A stretch of DNA of 59,910 nucleotides, counting the filler. It is 6 parts of 6 records of this genome, joined end to end, with 100 filler letters (N's around TTAATTAATTAA, not from the genome) between each part and the next. Parts side by side here need not be neighbours in the genome. Positions count along the whole stretch, not along the records: positions 16,961 to 25,255 come from SRR2962707_3518; positions 25,356 to 41,388 come from SRR2962707_3520; 4 more parts are not named here. One strand, 5' to 3'. This document shows, in pieces, positions 23,301 to 37,500 of the stretch. A model generated the notes under the pieces. It was not told where the DNA came from. It worked only from the letters and a program-made list of their open reading frames with translations, and did no database searches. The first letter of the stretch is position 1. Every line of letters starts with the position of its first letter. The position numbers and the translations under genes are program-made.

Positions 23301-25197
23301 TGCATGTTTGTGACTTGCATGTGGGTCACGATCGTACAAGTGGGCAATGTGCAATGCTCACCAGGCAGGCTGTTGAACAAGTCAAACTGAGATTGATCAT
23401 CCACCCCAATGTTTGGGTAATCTGAGTTCAACCACACCAGCCAAATCGAGCGTCACAGTGAGTTGATTCGGCAATGCCGTGATACAGCGAGCCAAGCTTC
23501 GAACCACGAGAAACGTACTGTGCCAAAGGAGAACGGTATCAACACCACCATAACGCGCAGTGACATCAGCCAAGAACTTGGACACAGTCCATTTGCCAGC
23601 TTTGCGGTCAAAGAGGAATCGATCATGAAGCATGACCTAGCAGAGTGAAGGCCGTCGAACGTGACAATTACTCCATGACCTCAGACAACTGTAACAGGTT
23701 TCGACGACCAAACGAACCTGCGGTGCAGAGAATGAGACGCGATTGGTGTTGTCCCTAGTGTACGCCGGAGCTTGAGCTGCATTTTCAAGATTGTACTTCT
23801 TCACAGTTGTATTGCGCCAAGCTGTTTGCTCCGAAAGCCACGTTGAGGCCTCGGCGAGAGATGCCGGTGGTGCCAAGCTCTCACTCATGTCCCGCGGGGC
23901 CGCGAACCTATGCAAGCATTCCACGGCATACCATTCACGACATGTACATCAAAAACAAGGCAAAGTCAATGTTACGGACGTTGAGCAACGCAATATCAAT
24001 TCATTGTATGTCCACACAAAGGACGTATTCACTCACAGGGTTCCAATCAACGGCAGATACGCATCCGTGCGTTGTCCATCCGTCTCCGGCTTCAGGATGT
24101 TCATGTCCACGAATACCTGTCCGGCACGTGCAATATTGCGAGTCAATGAATACAATCCGCCGCCAACACAAATACAAATAATCCGACCCAGTGGCTGGTT
24201 TTCAAACCTTCGACACTTGGCGTGCCTTGAGAGCGTTAACCTTGTCCCAAAGTTCATACCTGAGCCAAGCACATACCCGAATATTTGCTCAGCCACCAAG
24301 TCGTATTGTGAAAATACGCATGCTTCCATTCATGACAAGAGAAAATGGTCACACATCATACATTTTCGGTTTGAACTCGTCGACTTCGTCACTGATGCTG
24401 ATTCCAGGAGCATAGACAGCGGCAGACGCGTCAGCACTGCCAAAAGCATCCGACGTAGCGTTCAGCACCCGGACAAAGTCATCGAGCTCAGGAGAAAACG
24501 TGCTCGTGGTAACAACTGTTACAGGAGCAACACCCGTGGCAGCAACAGCTGCACCGAGAGTTGCCAAGTCAACAGGAACATCCGATCCAGCTCCTGTGAC
24601 AACGACACTGACAGAGGTCAGAGGTGCCTTAGATTGCAATGACGCAGCCAGCGCCAACAGCATTGTTGCCAGTGGTTTCGATGTCGATGGGTCTTGTGGT
24701 AGATCGCGCAGGTCAATCTGGAGCCCATTGAAGCCAGAGGTCTCCAGGAACTTTCCCACTGATGTAAAAAACGGTGTTTGGCCGTCGAGGAGCGTTTTAA
24801 CTTGCCCTGCAGTCGACACTCGCAGCACAAAGGCAAGGTTGTACCCCTGCGGGCCGAACGTATGCACAATATCCGCCGCAGCGGCAGCGTCAGCACCGGT
24901 CGGAACGACGAACTCCTGACCGGCGTGCTCACCGACTGCGCCACCGCAGTCGACGGCGACTTGCCCGAATGAGTTCGGGGCGCAGAGTGAGGACGCTCCC
25001 CCGAGCAGCTTGAGGAGAATGGAGGGAGCAAACGGATCTTCGATGGGCTGTGTCGCGTTGCCCCACATTTCGGCACACGACTGCCCTGGGTTTCCTCGAA
25101 GCCAGAGCGAAGCCGGGCTTGTGTAGGCACCCGCCACGGGCGCTGTAGCTGCCGTGCTTGCTGCTGCAAGCAAGAGCGTTGATGAAAACAAGCGCAT
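20378..25197 (-). CDS. Secreted multi-domain protein: degenerate GH18-like barrel + bacterial-type TIM-barrel region + FGE-sulfatase (SUMF1-fold) domain; 14 introns
   Basis: Signal peptide [22 protein letters not shown]; in-frame splicing (e.g. introns 24260-24361, 24117-24240, 23908-24036, 23637-23717, 22282-22393). Motifs [99 protein letters not shown]. Confidence 0.8.
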
Positions 25198-25230
25198 CGC
25201 TCAAGCACGGGCCAAATACAATCAAATCAA

Positions 25231-25255
25231 CACACACACACACACACACACACAC
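25231..25255. repeat. (CA)n microsatellite at contig end, just upstream of the FGE-fusion ATG
   Basis: Direct reading. Confidence 0.9.
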
Positions 25256-25355
25256 NNNNNNNNNNNNNNNNNNNNNNNNNNNNNNNNNNNNNNNNNNNNT
25301 TAATTAATTAANNNNNNNNNNNNNNNNNNNNNNNNNNNNNNNNNNNNNNNNNNNN
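25256..25355. other. Artificial contig linker
   Basis: N-run, TTAATTAATTAA, N-run. Confidence 0.97.
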
Positions 25356-25578
25356 CTCGTCCCATACTTACGTCTTTTGCACATTACTGTGTATACAAGT
25401 TCGTTAAAATTACTATCTTAATTAATTACGCACGTATGGCCGACTGTCTTCCGCGGGGTGCTATCCTGTTGCTGGTGGTTCGTGCGGTCCAGACAGTGGA
25501 CTCATTATGTTGTATGCACGTGCACAATGTACGTAAAGTTACATTCGCAGGACGCGGTTCGGGATACCAGCTGGCCAC

Positions 25579-28500
25579 CTAACTCGCAAGATCCGCCCAT
25601 AACCACAAAGAAAGCAAGTTGATGAGCTTGCTAATTTCATGTCGCTCGGCGGGTGTAAGCTGAGATCCAACACCGCACCCACTCTCCGACCGATGACGAT
25701 ATCGATGCCGGAGAAAAATCTGGACAAATGGCACTGATGCTCCACCAGCGCGAGACACGTCGAGGTCGACGTTTGTGAAATGCTGCGAGCGCTGGTATTC
25801 ACGCGTGCCTCCCAAGCTGGCAGATCGATGGGCGGAGCGTTTTTGGTCTTTCTCCCCACCGCTCCAACTTCCTGCACTTGGGGAGCTTGGGAGGTGGAAA
25901 CTTCTGGCCGGCGGCCGCCGCGGTGCCGGGGGGCGACCCGGGCTGCTGGAACTGCGTCCTGAGGTCAGCATGTTACTCATGGAACCTGCGAATTTCTTGC
26001 TGTCGGTTTCCGAGCCACTAAACCCGGTAGAAACTCCGGCATCCACTGAACCAACACGATTCTGCGCGTGGGTCAATTTAATATGGAGCACGCTCGTTGG
26101 CTCACTGGGTAGGCTGATAATGATATGGTCATGGTGTGAATCATCAGTGTTGTTGAGGTGGCGAAAGTAAGGCCCATAGGCACTCTTCAAGAAAGTCTCC
26201 ACATCAACGACTGCGTTTGCACGACTGGCTCGACTTCCGATCAATGATCGAGAGAGTCCTGCGACACTGTTGTTGCTGCTGCCGCTGCTGCCGCCGCTGC
26301 TGCCAATTATCGCCCCGTGCGAAATCCCTCCGGCACCACCTGAGCTCCCATTCGCAGGGACTGTCCGTTGTGCAATGCCATCAGCAAGATTCTCACAAAA
26401 AGCCTCTAATCCAGGGTCAATGTCGATAAGACTCATCGCGGGAGTAAGGCGTTCAAAATCGCGAACAAGGCACAGAGCACTATTTTTCGGCGCAACTGCT
26501 TCAGTGCTGCTTGCACTGGTCGAGCGGGCAGAGCGAACGCTGCTAACATCACCCATCGTGGGTTGCTCAAAGACGATGTGCTTCCACAGAAGATCTACGT
26601 GCATTTCAGCCACTGCCCGATGCAAGACGCCCCTGATGTAGGCCGCGCAGTGGTCTTCGACAAATGAATTGAACGCAAGTGCCGCTTTGGTGGTAAAAGC
26701 ATCGGGTCCATGCACTGAGCCTGGGTGAACACTACTTCCGGTCCCATGCGCGACGGAAGCGCCAATGCAAGAGCGCGGTGCCACAGCAAAGATACGAACC
26801 GTCTCGAGCGACGCGCCATGTTTTGGAATCCTTTGCACAAATAGCGTTAGAGTTCCTCCATTTGTGACTGTGGTACATGCCGTAATTGTTCCTCCAACCG
26901 CCGTTGGATCTCGCATTGTCTGGGTGGTGGTGCTTGACACGGGGTCTGGGTCCACTGTCGGTGAGTCTCGCTTCCGTTGACCGCTGTCCCGGGCAGATCC
27001 GCCCGTTGGCAGCCAGTCGTCAAAACAGACAGCAGCGTCAGCGCCACGAGCTGACGAGTCGGTGAAAAATTCCAGTTGAATGTTACACTCAGGCTCTAAA
27101 GCTGCTGTGCCAGGTGCAGGAACCGCAGATGATGTTCTCTGGGTCACGGTTGCTTTGAGCTTACACTGAACAACAAAGCAGTCACCCAACTGCGATGTAC
27201 CGTGGTTGCCACCAAACGAATTCCCGGATCCCCACACCTTCAGGTTGCGAGAACCGCCGGCCGTTCGGGAACAAAGCAAGACGAAGCGCATTACATCAGT
27301 AGGGTGAAGTGAGAATCCTGAAACTCCAAGGTCTGCAGAAACATCCGTGGTAAACATAAGGTATTCACTTTGGGCAGCAATGGATGGCGTCAATCCATCG
27401 CGCCTTACCATGTGCACTTGTTGTTCGCTTGGTCTATGGTGCAAACGCTGCTCCCATGTACGCGTCGCTAGAGCCAACAATGATCTAGCTTCGCTGGAAA
27501 ATGTTCGTAAACGAGAAAGCATTTTCGCTGAATCGTCCCTGTCAGCACTAGTGTGGCCCGTGGTTTTGTGGGGCGAAACATTGATTGGCTCAGGCCTAGT
27601 GAGGGACGCAGCCATGCGCTGCGCAGCCTTCAGCATGAAGGAGAGTGTTGTATCATGGACAACTACTCGTAGATCCGTTGCCGTATGAAGTTTCTTTAGG
27701 AACGTTCGCGTCATATCCGAAGAAAAAACACTGGCACGGACCCCACGGCAGCTGCGCCTTTCTTGTTGATGCCTTGGCAATGGCGTGGAATTTGCTTGAT
27801 AGGCCGTGGTAAGAATTTCCGGGGCAGGACGTACACCTTGCAGGTGCCTTTGCACAAAAAGTCGCGTTGTATTGTCTAACTGACATACACAAATAGTGAC
27901 GCGGAAAACTGGGGCGTGGTAGCGGAGGTGGACGACTTGAATAGTGGAGTGCCGCTTATGGCCTGCCCCGAAGGGCGCTGTTGCACGTGCAAGATACCAA
28001 TTGTGGATGTTTGCTCGTTGACCTTCAGAATGCTTGTGGAACAAGGATAGTCCTAACTGACCTTCGAGGATTCGAAGGTAGCAGCCCACAATTTCGCGGA
28101 TACAATCAATATTGTCATGACCATTTCCACGCTCGCCATCGTTAGTGTCAGTACTGCCTGCTTGATGCGCAAGAGAAGTGTCGCAGGTCAGAACCAGTCC
28201 GGAAATGTCCTTCGATGACAAAGGCTCCTTCACACAGAAGCACGACACCACTCGTGCAGCACGAAGTGCTGCAGTGAGCGCGGGCTGGACCGTGTCTTTC
28301 GGCAAGGTGGCCTCGCGGTCTGTCAGCCAAGATGATGCTGCCAACGCCCCAAAAAGTTTCGACGGTTTTGTGCGATCTTCAATGTGGTGGGTGCTCTTCG
28401 AGGCCTCAACCCTCTGCACACCTTTTACTAACTGCTGAAGCCCCATTGACATTCCAATTATCCTTTCCCGGGCTGCCAATACGCATTGAAAATCTCTCCC

Positions 28501-31500
28501 CACATAAGTCATCGCGTCCGACGAACAAGCAGGCAGTGCATGGGTTTTTAGAAACCCATGATGCTGAAAGTGAACGAATTCAGAGTGAGACTTGACAATG
28601 GCCAGCCTCCGCGTCAGAAGGAGAGGCAGGCTAGCTGGGTGTCGCAGACTTCCCACCCACAGCAGGGAACCAAAGAATTGTCGTTTCAAGACTTCCCGTG
28701 CCTCGGAGGCAACCACTGCTTGTTCGTGACTCGTCGCCCTATGGTTCGTGGCTGACAAAAATTGAGCATGCACTTTGGGGCTTGCGTGTAGACTTGAACT
28801 AGAGGAACGCTCAATATCGCCGGATAGAATTTCTTCAGTGCCGACCTGTGTAGCAGGAGGCCTATTGCGTCTATGCTCAGTACTATTTTCAGACTGTGGA
28901 GGAGCAGATGCCGTGGATGATCCCACGGAACGATTTGGAAGCGCGGAAGGAACCGAGTCGACAGTCAGTGGTATGGCGGCACGGGTTTGTTGTTGTCCAA
29001 AATTGGAAACGTTGCCGCGGGCACGGTTTCGAGCTGCTTGCAGTGCTCGAGCGGCACCAACGCCTCCGCCGCGCCGCATCATTGCCAATCGTGATGCCAT
29101 AAGCTTGTCAGCACTGCGGCTCATGGCATTGTGTACAGGAATTATGGGTGCAGGCGTTGGCACTGGATCAAGTGCCGGGGCAGCAGCTGCTGTAGCTTTG
29201 GCAATTGGAACGAGAGCAGGTGCCAATACCGGGGTGGACGTTCGACTTGCGAACGGAACTGAACGAGGATTGTTCATATGGTTGCTATTGCTGGTATCAT
29301 CAACAGTTTCGTTCAAAGACCGGCTGAAAGATGAAGTCCGAGAATTTGAGCGTGAAAGGGGAGTTGACGCACTCCGGAGGAGATCGCTCCGGATTTCAGA
29401 ACTGACAGCGTCACCAATTTCCATTGCTGTCGACGACGAAGCAGCCGAACCATGCCGCGAAGTCGTTCCAGGCTGACGAACTTCGCCATTCTCTTTTTCA
29501 CTTCCCTTGTTGGCAGCAGATCCGGGCCCCGAGAAAGGCGTTAAATGAGAGATGAGGACAGGAAGATGGTCAATGTGGAAGAAAATTTCTTTGGCGGGGC
29601 GAAAGCGCGTCGCTTGTTTGGTGCGATTTGAGGAGTGACTCATTCCAGCTGCATCCGTTTCCTTGTCCGTAAAGCTGATCGAGGGAAGAGAGTACACGAT
29701 AGGCTTGCATTGGCGGAATAGGCCCAGCGACTGATTCAGCACGCTGTCAAGCATGTGATAGCGGAATTTGGACCACGACAGAAATCGCGCCACTCGATCT
29801 TGGACGACAACGAGTGACTCCAATTTCCAGTTGCGTGCCCACAGTCGTACACATCGTGGGCCCACCACCAACACAAACCCCGACTCTTGCCGGAGCATTG
29901 CTGCCTCCGTTCTATCGAAAGTTGACGCGTCGTTACTCGTCAATCCATTTACCACAGAACCAACGCTCGATCTACCTGCGCGATCAAGTGCCCTGGCTTC
30001 ATCACCGGCTCCACCAAACACTGTTGATGCCCGTGTGAAACGACTTCGTGACATTGAATCGGCATCTTTCAACCCACAGGCAACACAAACACGGTTTCCA
30101 CCTTCAGCAAGCGCTGGCACGGAAATTGCCTGGCGCTGCAGGTAAGGAGAGTACCGAAAGTTCGCGAGCTGAAATCTGTCTCGAGGGACTCCAAGAACCC
30201 CAGCACATCCTGCAGTGCTCACAGCGGAAGCAGCACTTGCATTGGCCATGGCAGCAGCAGTGGACACATGAGCAGGCCACACAGATTGTGCCAGAGGCTC
30301 TAAATCGCAACTGAAAATATCGACTGAACAACCTTGTACGACCTCGACAAGTCGCTCCACCAGCGCTCCAAGGAAAGGGGGGGACCGAACCCATGAGGCG
30401 GTGGGAAGACTCCAGAATAGATGCGTAAACATTTTGCTGTCAGCTCCTCCGCCAAAAAAAAGTTGCTGCATGTCCTGCCATTGCAGCGCAAGGGCGCCCA
30501 GCTCTGAGGCATTGAAGCTATCGAAGTCTCGTTCTCCATCATGGCGAGCTGCTTCAGCATCATCAAGACCATTGCCATCGTACAGTAAACAGCTGCTTGC
30601 ACCTTTGCAGGCGGCACCGTAAGCATCCTGGGAAGCGCTTCGGGTAAAATCATCACTTTTACGGTGAGCTTTTGCGGTTGGAAGAGAATTGGTGGATGCG
30701 GCAAGTCCCAGAGCTACATCTTTTGTACTAGCCTGATGGAGAGCTGAAAGCTGCTTGCAGCGCTGAGTCAAACATTGAAATTTTCGTAGCCAATCCAGGA
30801 AGGAATCAGAGGCGCTGGCAAGACTACAATTCGGCGACGATTTGGTCTCCGAGGTCTCGATTGATGCTGCGAACGAGACAGGCGCTTTGTCCGCGCCCAC
30901 ATCAACTGGCGTGGTAAAAACAGGAGGAGGGCGAGACCGAACAAGGTCACTTGTTACTTCGTGCAGTATAGCACGGTTCAAACTCCAACGAATGGCGTTG
31001 TGTAAGGGTGCAAAGTTGATCGGTCGCCCACCAGCTGTTGAGCGGTGCCAAGTTTGCACCACAAGCGAAAAGCGGCCTGCCAGACATGCCCGTCGCGTTG
31101 AATACTGACCGGCTGGTCTCGAGAAAGCTTCTTCCGGTGGCTTGTTGAGGAGGCTAACTAAAGAGTCATCCAGTACGTCAGCATTCATGAGCCAGTCCGT
31201 ACATTTGGCAAGATTCGCAGAAAAAAAACATTTGAACCATGCCGATTCTTCGTATCCAGCAACCCAACAGTCATCTTCCCGCAGATACCGAGTATCTACA
31301 GAAAGATCTGAGACTAGCGATGCAGCTGCACCATCTGAGTTGCCACGATCCACAAGCGCGATTCGAACAACTGCAACTCCCTTTCCAATTTGCCGCCGAA
31401 CAGTATCTGATTTGCAAATCATGGAGCTGTACAAAAAATTCATTGGTTGCTCCTCAAGCGAGATGCTGCGCTGCCATGGCAATGGGGATTGTGATTCCGT

Positions 31501-34500
31501 GTCATGTGCGGCGGTGGATACACCGACGACAGCAGGGCGCTTGACAGTTGCCCAGTGAATATCAATTCCTGTTGATGGGTGATCGTTGTCGTCAGAGTGA
31601 AGTTTGTTAGCTGACTCTGCGGACAGGTCAACATCTGAACTGGTGGTGCGTTCAATGTTGATATCTGTTGAGGTGTTGCTTCGGCTGCGAGTGGCTCGCG
31701 TTGGCTTTGATACAACATCTGTTGTCCGTGAATGCATTGGAGCTAGGAAGGCGGCAAATTCTAACCGCAAACGTTGCAGCAATACAACTGGATTCATCGC
31801 CGCAGGGCATGGGAGCTGAAATGCGCGGTGGGTCCGGGTACTAGAACGCTCCAGGAATGCCACATCAGCAGGCCATAGCTTGTAGGTTGGGTTCGTAGCC
31901 AGCACTCCTTGAATATGCTCAAGGGTGATGCTGTCACATTTGATGCGAAGCAATGAGGACATTTCCTGCCATAGTTCCCGTGACGGCGGTACCAGTCCAT
32001 GAACAGTCATTGTTACACTGTGAGGCTGGCTTGCGTGTGTTTCGGTGTGGTCACTGCCAGAAACAGCAGCGTTGTATTGAACACAGAAGTAGAAAATATC
32101 AGCTCCATCGGTATCATCGGTGTCGTCATCGTCTTGTCGCACGGTGTGATTATCACCCTCACCCGCCACCGTGCGCTCACTTTGTTCTTGACGATCTTTT
32201 ACGACAAAGTACACCGCGGGAGATTGCGTTGATGTTGTAATGCTGTCTGGTCCTTGAGCTGATAATGTCGAAGCAATTTTGGTCGCTCCAGGAACGTCTG
32301 AAGTAAAGTCGTCTGTTTGTAGTAGAAAATTGCGCATAAACGTTCGAATGCCTTGCAAAACAACTGCATGTGACAAGCGAGGGTGTAAGACAACGTTCTC
32401 GACATGCTTGGCAGAGCACGCAAAAGCCCCTGTTGGTGGACATGAAATCAGCGTCGTATTAGTCGCATGTTCAGTGTTGCCGGTTGTGACTGGCTCGACT
32501 ACTGTTGAACTTTTCAGGCTGTCGGAATCTCGGACTTTTTGATCAATCACTGGTTCCAAAAGAGCTGGCAAAACTTTCGTGCTGTAGGCTTTTTGGAGCA
32601 AAAGTTGCTGGTTGGTGCGTTTGATGATTGATTCCAAAATATTCACTACCGCCAAAAAGGCAGATTCTGAGTCACAATGGCCGGGTGTGGCTTGTTGCCA
32701 TGTTGGTGGAACATACCTACATTGAAAACAGACTCGTGCATGACTTACGGGGTGCATGAAAAACATCAAAAGTCGACACCAACAAAATGCATGACCATAA
32801 AACCACGTACTGTTGCACAACAATATTTTTAAACCACACAGCATCGTATCGCACGGATTGTGTACCGTCACCAACTCCTCCAACCACTGATGCCATGTCG
32901 TTGCTTAACCGTTGCAACAGCTCGCTATCTGGACGGGCAACAATTCGTACTGTCATCCAGTAGTGCAAACCTTGGACGACGTTGCTCCCATCGCTTCCAT
33001 CTGCTGCCGGGTTACTTTCGTGACCCATATCAACTTGTACAGTCCCTGGAGGGCGTTTCAAAATTTCTGTGACTTGATGCGGGTGATTCACAACGACAAA
33101 GTCGTCGCCATGACGTTGGAGAAACGGGAGGTCAGCGATGTAAGATTCCAACAGGCGCTCCACTTCCAAAGCTACTGGCAATTCGTCGCTCCCGCCGCTT
33201 CCACTGTGTCGCGAACGACGACCACTAGCCTGAAGGAAGGTTTTGATCGGAACCAGTTTCTTGCGCAGTTTTGAAGCCGGCAGCAACGAAAAATACCGAA
33301 GGCGATCTGCAACTGCATCCAAAAACTCGGCAGCTTGCTCCGCGTCTTCATCCTGTTCTCCGCCAACACTTTGGCTTTTAGTGGCGTCCTCGGCTAGCAG
33401 GATGTCAAGTGTTGGGGCAGCGAAGGCATGTTTTAGGGCCTCGGCAAGTCGCAGCTTTCGTCGATGAACGTTGGCTGTCCACATACCGCGCCACTTGGCA
33501 GGAGAGATGGACCTGCGAGCAATGACATCCAAGTCGGATGTAACGGTCCCCGGAGACACCGGGGAACCCTTTCTTGCGTCCCATTCTGCAGAAGCGTTTG
33601 ATAACATGTCCTCCAAACCAGCCTCCGTTGCAGCTGCTTTTCTTGTCCTCTCGTTGACCGCTGCACTGCTCGATCTCGCCATGGATCCGGCGGGACCGAC
33701 ATTGTTTGGTGAGGGGACACTTCTTCGACGGCTTGAAAGGGCAGCTTTCGGGAGAGGCAAGGAGCAAATATTAATCTTCAAAAACCCAGTGTGATCGTTC
33801 ACCATAAGATCACGAAGAGGCTCTTGGGATTCCATGAAGCTCGAGAAGTCATTTTGAGTAGAATCGCGACTTTCATCAGAAGAAGAAAGAACAGGTTTTT
33901 CGATGTATCCACCTGACTTTTTTTCACCAATGAGCGTGGTTGATGCCGTACTATTCGTGTCTAACCTGCCTGGCACATCAGAGAGATCACTTTCGGCTTG
34001 ACCTTCGTCCTCATCCTCATCATTGGCTGACGAAGACCCAGTTGAAGAGCTTTGGTCTTCGTCATCGTCAATATCTGACTCGGTTTCATCGGTAGTGTCT
34101 TCATCGTCCTCATTTTCATCATGAACATCAAGCCATGCAGGATTTGTGGCCAACGAACGAGACTCCTTGCGATGGCAGTCAGCACTATACAGGCGAGCAT
34201 GAACTTTTCTTAAGCACTCCGTCAACGACTCATGCACGGACGAATTATGGATCTCAAAGCTCACAAAGACTGGCCAGTCTTCCAAAAGTGAGCGTTTTTT
34301 TGACACAGTTGCCGTGTCGTGTTCGCTTTCGATGACGTTTGCACTGCGCTGTGAGCGTTGAACTGTAAAACTGGAGCCGAGGTACACAAAGTGCGTTGAA
34401 TGGCCCGGAATGCGCCGAAAGCCTTGTTGCCACAGTGTTTGTAAGAAAATTCCATCAACTTGTTGAAGTGTCGCAGCTGAGACAGCTTTCGCAGATCTCA

Positions 34501-37500
34501 ACTGCTGCTCTACACAGTCAGCTGTAATGGCTTCCTTCAATTTCGGGGGCAAACGGAGAAACACCGTATCTGAGCGACATGTTGCCAAAGCGGCGTTAAT
34601 GTCAAGGCTGCTGACGAAGAACCTAACATGGCATTATCACGGTACACGCAAAGCACGGTAAGCTATCTCGATACGTCGGGGGGCGGGAGGGAGGTTCAGG
34701 AGGCAAAGCACGCACTCTGAGGGAACGGAAGTCCGCTGCGGGCGCCACCACTTATCCAGTTTCCACCAAGGCTCCAACAACGTGGGTGGCGGTGGTAGCG
34801 AGACGCATGCAGCTACGAGTAAACGCCGCATGAGGTGGACACAGTTACGTGCGTGCAAAACTTTGAGAGCAGACTGAAAGTTGTGAAGCTGGGTGTCCGT
34901 ATCGGAAATAGGAGGTACCCGTCCACTGCTGGTAGAACCCACTTTGTGTGGAGATGCATCGCCACCAGAGCCACTCGCAGCACTGCTTTGTGTCTTGGAG
35001 TGACGACTCTGCTGAAGTGCACGCAGCGCCATTTGATACTTGTGACTGTCTGTGGGCATTATGCCAGCTGCTGCTGCCCCAACTGGAATTTGGCGGGCCG
35101 GCACCACGTATAAAGTTGCTGTCATTGATACTTGAGCGAGGGCCACAGGTGGGTCGGGTGACACACGTGGAGGTTGCGAAAAAGGCCGATGTCCAAGTGC
35201 CTGTTGCAGGACTTCATAGGGGTGACCAAATTTCAACCTACGCGATGGCAATTTCCTTCCGAAAGGCCCAGAAAGGGCAGTAATGGGCACAAGTCCAACG
35301 TCAGAGGTCTCATCAAGCAGCACAGATAGTTCGTCCGCGGGCGAGTCAAATGGAGCGGATGGATGATCCATTGCCGTCGATGTGCGAACAGCGTTGATGC
35401 TGTTGCTTGCTTGGAAATGGCCCTGGGCACACTTTATCGAGGAAATGGACACAGTCCGCGTTGAAAACCTACTCTCGTCCGAATAGTTTCCATGTTTTCG
35501 CACAAGCGTACGCTGGCACACGTCCACAGGAATGCCGACCGCGCTTTGGGGACAATCATGGGCTTCGGCACGACGCAGCTGCTTTATGACGTTCGCAGCC
35601 TGCTGCACATCAAATGCATCGAGGCCTGGTACGATTACTACGAGGACAATTTCATCACCCGTATCACTGTCTGGTGATCCACACAGCACCTTAGCGAAAG
35701 CACGAGGAGAAACGTCCGTGAAAACTTTCTTGGGTTCATTGACCCCGCTGGTTGTGCTGCCCTGGCCAACATCTCCATAATTATCTTCCGCCCTCTGCAA
35801 CCCAGCGACTCCTTCATCCTCCCACGGGATTTCGCAATCACATATGCTTTGCACGGTCGCCACAAAATCACGCCACAGTGAATGGCGGTGGGATGTAGCA
35901 AATTGCTCTGCCACTCTCCGTTGTTCACTGGCCTGAAATCCTAGCTCAAAAGGTGGGGTGCAACATTCATCGCCGACATCAACGCGCTCCCACAGGAGCC
36001 CGACTTTGAATTCGAGCTTGCGCGTTGCACCAAGCACCAATCGCGCGCCAGAAACCGCGTGGTGAGTTTTTTGTGACGACAAGTACTGTCGCTGCGTTGC
36101 GTAGAGCTTTGAGTCCCTGCCCAACGGATTTCCTGACCGAGGACCGTGCCGCATGATCTCGAAAAGGGAGAAAGTCGATGAAAAAGTGTGGCGGTCAATT
36201 TGTAGAATACGGTCAGCCAATGCAGTGAACAGCGTGTTCCCCGTCCCTAGCACGCCACTTGGCGTGGCGAGCTGGGTTGAGGCTGATGCTGGTGCTTCAC
36301 TGGACCTATTTGATGTATCGGCGCACCATAAAGGTTCCATCCAGAACTCCGTCCGAAGTTCGATACCACCACTTTGCCCACGAACAAGAACAGCTTGATA
36401 TTGAGCGAGACACGGAGACACGCGCGGGGTACTTGATTCATTTTTGAGTGGTTTCCCCCTGCTATCACCATCATTTTCCCGCCTGCTCCCCAAGCTGTTC
36501 CAAACGGCCGGTCGCGGAAATGGTCCAGGGCCAACGGGTATCCACACCTCGCGGAACATCAGAATTGCATTGCGGGACGGCCGATTGGCGGTTGAAAAGC
36601 CGTCCAAACGCCGACACTGAATGATGAAATCAAATATGCGTTGAATTAGGCGCGCATCACCCACGTCCGGCCAAACCCATCGCTCCTGAAAAAAATATGC
36701 CTTGAGGATATGCTCAGGGAGCACTGCAGCGCCACATGACACGCTACCATGACTGAGAGCATGATTTAACCTGAAAGGTCCCCGAGACGTGGATGACTGA
36801 GTTGGTTGTCGCACACTGCCGACAGACGACCAGCGCAACTTTTCGGCTGACTGTTGCGCTGCTGTCGGTCCAAGCGGTTCACCGCGATCTACTAGCAAAC
36901 CCGAATCATGTTCATGAAATGAGCGGCCTCCTCCTGTTTTCGGGCGCATCCGCGGCGATATTTGAAGCGTGGATGAGGAAGCCACCGGCATAAAACTAAA
37001 GTTGCTTCGAGGAGTATCAGCGGCATTGTCTGAATCGATGCGCAGACCAGGTCGTCCATTTTTTCGCGTGCGTGGGCCCAACGCGTCAAGTTTGTTGGGC
37101 TCAAGCATGTCCACAGGGTCCACCGCCAACATGTTTGAGTCGAGCGACAGCGTACCCTCGAGTAAAGGCAATTTTGAAACAGGATTAACTTTCCAGTACT
37201 CTTGCGTATCGCCCTGCGCGTCCTCCGCATATGGTGCTGAGAATTCCGATGCACCTGGTAAACTCGCTGGCTTCCTCGCGTCAGTCAGTTCGCCACCGGA
37301 CGAATACAAGCGCCGAAAGTGAGGCACAAGCAGAAATGAGATAATATGAGCCAGTGGTTCCAAGAGAGGCCTATCATGCGAGGCTGTGCCACCCCCAACA
37401 CCGACTCGCGTGGGCTCATTGAGCGCTTCTAGTGTACCGGTTGTTGGTGACGCCGTTGTATTCACGTTCTGGCCAGCCTTCCGATCACGAACATTGCCAA

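Noticed and set aside
23791..24642. 283-aa plus-strand ORF
   Set aside because: Antisense to the FGE-fusion exons and introns; no recognisable motifs.
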